Below are positions 63,606-64,000 of a stretch of DNA of 64,000 bases, piece after piece. Within the stretch, counting starts at the first letter, position 1. Each line of letters starts with the position of its first letter. A program made the translations under genes and the position numbers. The DNA lies in the NCBI GenBank assembly GCA_028534125.1, contig CM052818.1, positions 45,634,001 through 45,698,000 of the forward strand. The letters run 5' to 3'. The notes below the pieces were generated by a model, which saw only the letters and a program-made list of their open reading frames with translations, was not told the DNA's origin and searched no databases. The stretch comes from Lama glama. Its lineage: Eukaryota.

Positions 63606-64000
63606 AATCCCTCCAAGGAGCCGTACTGCTTCTCTTTGGGCCTTGGCAGCTTGGGGCCCCTCACTTGGAGCAGTGTGGCCCCCCTCCCCCCTCCCACCCC
63701 AGACCCTCCCCAAGTCTCCCTTCAAACTGGTAAACAGCCTTGAAGCAGGACTTTTCTCCCAGGTTCTCCCAGCCCCGCCCCCCCAGGCTGGGGACACCCT
63801 CACATCTCCCTGTATTCTTTTTTCATCCAAAGCCCACAAGGCCAGGGTTTCTGCCTGTTTTGTTGGCCACCAAGACCCCCTGTCCAGACAGAGCCCAACA
63901 CACAGCTCTGTTTTTTAATGAGAAAAACTGTTTGAATTACGTTGGCCCTGGGGAAGTGTCCGTGACCGCCCCTGCCTTGGACCAGCTGACCAGCTGCCCT

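Noticed and set aside
1..64000. Inferring a host-gene strand from transposon orientation bias
   Set aside because: ERV1-class LTRs lean to the minus strand, but L1 and MLT elements are mixed and the numbers are too small.
1..64000. CRISPR array, operon or other prokaryotic or novel multi-gene system
   Set aside because: No regularly spaced repeat-spacer array and no dense coding. The sequence is mammalian non-coding DNA throughout.

Overview
This is mammalian genomic DNA, most likely from a camelid (alpaca, llama or camel). That call rests on three tRNA-derived SINEs that I recognise from memory as Vic-1 type, and on seeing no PRE1, Bov-tA, BovB or Alu elements. The window is GC-rich and CpG-depleted, and looks intronic or intergenic. 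I found no convincing protein-coding exon, RNA gene, CpG island or prokaryote-type system. The only recognisable translated segments are decayed LINE-1 ORF2 pieces. The window is a layered record of transposons: old MIR, L2, MLT1, MLT2, LTR33 and hAT MITEs, L1M fragments, and younger ERV1-class solo LTRs, L1 3' ends and SINEs. Several nested insertions have readable target-site duplications (TSDs). The most interesting features are four independent solo LTRs of one family with a variable-copy ~40-bp YY1-motif module, an LTR that keeps a tRNA-His primer-binding site (PBS) and leader, a MER41-like LTR, and several repeat-free, homeodomain-motif-rich blocks that may be conserved enhancers. Subfamily names come from recall of consensus sequences, not a database search, and boundaries without a TSD are approximate. 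I cannot support a claim of a new biological system here.
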